Shown piece after piece: positions 60,850-64,000 of a DNA stretch of 64,000 nt (positions within the stretch are counted from its first letter, which is position 1; every line of letters begins with the position of its first letter). Source of the stretch: Phallusia mammillata (lineage: Eukaryota). Both the position numbers and the translations under genes were made by a program. The notes beneath the pieces are model-generated. The model saw only the letters and a program-made list of their open reading frames with translations. It made no database searches and had not been told where the DNA came from. Where the stretch lies: positions 30,442,001 through 30,506,000 of the forward strand of contig OZ281495.1 in assembly GCA_965637545.1 (NCBI GenBank), given 5' to 3'.

Positions 60850-63800
60850 GTTTCAGACGATTTCTTTAACTCAGATATATTTCAATGCACTTGCTGCAAA
60901 AAAAGATAAAACAGAAGTCAGAAATTGTTTATAATGGAACTGTGCCAAAGAGGCAATAAGAAACGCAATAAACGTTTCCACTTGCAATCTGTCACAAATG
61001 CAAACGTCTCTATATGCAAAACAAATTTCAAAAATATGAAAACTGGTAGCAAAGCTGTTCCACGATTTTTGTCTATTAGCAAAATTCAAAGGTTGATTTT
61101 ACTGTCAGCTTACTGACTGGGATAGGACATCACTTTTAAACCCCATTCCCCTTTTTCTTCTTTACTTTTCAGACCCCCTATTCAAGGACGCGTGTCTGTA
61201 TTTTTCCGTTCGTAAAACCAAATGTCAGTGGCTCTCCAGAAAGTGCTTCAACATTAAAGCTAACCCACCAGTTAAAACACGGTTTAGTGTATGCTTTGCT
61301 GTAACTGTCTGCCTCAAGTTCAAGTTTTTCCGTTTCCTCGACGCATTTTTGGCTAAACTTTGAATCTTATCTGCCCTTATTGACATGGTAATAAATTTTT
61401 AATTGTTTTTGTAAAGGTTCGCTTTCACTGATGTTTGATCAAGGATACAATGAACATATTTTATATCTGATTTGGAAAGCAACAAAGACAGTGTGAGTAC
61501 TGTTTAATTTACAGCTGTAATTAGGTACCTTTTTAAATTTAGTTTAGTAAAACCTCTTTGTTACTTAGGTTTATACTTTACCTCGCATTAGAAAGTTTAA
61601 ACTTATTTGGGTTAATTAAGACCATTTTGCCAAGTCAAAATTTTCACAAGGTGTCGCCAGCGAGCATGTCATGCACCGTACAACACATATGCGGAAACAC
61701 AGCTTATTGCTACTGATTACTTCAACAATGGTCAAAGAATTCGACTCTTTTGGTAGTGAGTTCAATATTGAAGTAAAAGGAACAAGGTTATTTTATTTAA
61801 AAATTTATGGGCCTATATAAGGCGATGACACTTGTTTAACTTTTTTACCCAGTTTCCGCCATATTTTCTGCAATGCATTTTTTACTTCATTATGAAAATC
61901 GATTTTAAGTTCTTACCTTCTAAAATAAATCTCGATCAGCGACTTAAAAATAAAAACTTTAACTTTATTTCTGCTTATTACGTCACCCCCATCTTATGCT
62001 TGAAAATCTGCTTCCGTTAATTGTGGTGTATCTGAACTGTGTGGAATTTGTTTCGTTAAACGCGCGTAAGCGAGCGAGTGTTTGAAACAAAGAGTCGTCC
62101 CAGACACAATTCACGTCCTTTCACGAGTTCTTACTCCCCATGAAAGCCGGCATGTGGCCTTTTGTGAAAAGTTTATTGCGACAAAACAATGCGTATGTGT
62201 TTTGAGATTATGATGCAACAAGCGTTTTTGTGTGAGGTCGAGGTAATCAACTTTTCCGAGAAAATGTCGCAACAAATGCGTTGGATAAAATTACCCAAAT
62301 CCAACACCACCTACTTTGTGATTTTGTATATTATGAAAGGGAAGGTGAGAGGTTTTTCTGTATTTTTCCACGACTGTTAATGGGTTTGTACTTTGCCACC
62401 ATCGAGATATAAAAACGGGGAGTTTCTCCTAACTGTAGCAACATGAACGCCCTCAATCGCATGAGGACTATGCAAAGGGCTACATATCTTTTTCTAAAAC
62501 GGTCATCCGTCGTTTCCTAGAAAAAGCTGATTATCTTTCACAAAGATGTTAGTTACATCAAAATCCAAAAACTCGAACACATTGTTTCGTCGCAATGAAC
62601 TCCTCACAAAAGACCTCATGGCGCCTTTCAAGCGGAGTAAGAACTCCTGAAATGACGTGGTGTGTGTCGGACGCCGCTTTGTTTTAAGCACTCACTCGCT
62701 TACGCTCGTTTAACGAACGAAATTCTACACAGTTCAATTACACCACAACGAAAGCAAATTTTTAAACATATGGTTTGACGTAAGAAGTGGAAATATTCTT
62801 TTGGTGGTTTGGGTTTGGGGTGCAGCAGTTCCCAAAAATAACAAATCCTTTTGTGGAACTGGTCACAAAACTGATCAGCCGCTAATTTTTCTGCAGGCCG
62901 CTACTTGTAAAAAATCGAATTCATTTTATCTCACCCCTGGAGGGTTTTTTCTGGGGTTAAGATCTGCATCACTGTAGTTTAAAGTTTAAAGCGTAGTTTG
63001 TATTTTGTCGGATAAATTTGTAGTCTATTGTTACATGTTGTTACACGGAAACATTTAAGTCTAGCGACAAAGTTAACAAGTCACTCTCCAAGCTCATTCC
63101 GAACATCAATTGCCTCCTATATTTGCCCTATTTAGCCACGCCTCATCAGTAACGACAGCGACAAAACATATAATAAGTCTTGTAACATAATGCGCTCAGG
63201 CCATAAGTTCAGGTGATACGTTTTCCCACAATACAATTTGACACCACCATAGGTTTAATTCGTTTTGTGAATGGAAAAAAACATTAAATTACACGTGGTT
63301 CATTCTGCAGCTACTTCCTGATATAATACTTGGATGGGTTAAGACAGTAGTTCTCAAACGGTGCGTCGCGACGCCCTGGTGCGTCGTTTCAGTTTTCCAA
63401 GGTCGTCACAGAATAGTTCCGTTTCGTGGCGTTTTGTTGTTGTATCAATAAACACAACTTTAATAATAAGTTTTCTCATTAACTTTTATTTGCTGGTGCG
63501 TCGCAAGTCTGGGAAACTTTTTCAGAGGCGTCGCAAGAAAATAAGTTTGAGAACCACTGGGTTAAGATATATAGCGTCGAGGTAAACCAGAGAGAAGGAA
63601 GCGAACACAAAGAAGTACTAAAGTAAAGCGACTTCATATGTGAGAAATTTACACTAAACCAGAAAAAGAAAAGCATTTCTTTGCTATATAATTTGCTATT
63701 TTAGGAAAAATATATCTTTTTTCATCTCCACAAGAAGGTTTTGTCTCCAAAAATTTCTGTTTTCTTCAAAGGCGGGGAACTTTTGGTGATACTTTGTAGT

Positions 63801-64000
63801 GCAGTAAGCTTTTGATTTTTCACAACATTTTCTAAAACTTGTACAAATTATTTCTGTGTTTCCCCCTTAAACATGTTTCTTACATCTTTATTTAAGATAA
63901 AACGAAGCTATACATTACTAAAAGTTTCGTTCTTGTGTACTTTTACGTCATCAGCTTTTGAAAGTTCGCTTCTAAATAGAAATCATACGCAGCACAATTT

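Overview
AT-rich metazoan genomic DNA with short GT-AG introns (ascidian-like by inference only; taxon not established) and one 200-N scaffold gap (25987-26186). Four main contents. (1) An array of a spliced, three-exon gene family (here G1-G9 plus one relic exon) encoding Cys-free 99-103 aa proteins that I do not recognise. The ORF track shows it only as fragments. Seven copies have intact spliced ORFs and three are damaged. (2) Nested segmental duplications in a +/-/+ arrangement, with a ~0.9 kb long-arm palindrome at the turning points. (3) A ~6 kb unique island with a type I membrane C-type lectin gene and the 3' half of a second Tyr-motif receptor gene. (4) A complete, very young BEL/Pao LTR retrotransposon (722-bp LTRs, 5-bp TSD, 1896-aa polyprotein). 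hAT MITEs, two tRNA-derived SINE-like families and unclassified repeats fill the rest. All exon models were read by eye and have no transcript support. Repeat boundaries not anchored by a TSD or junction are approximate.
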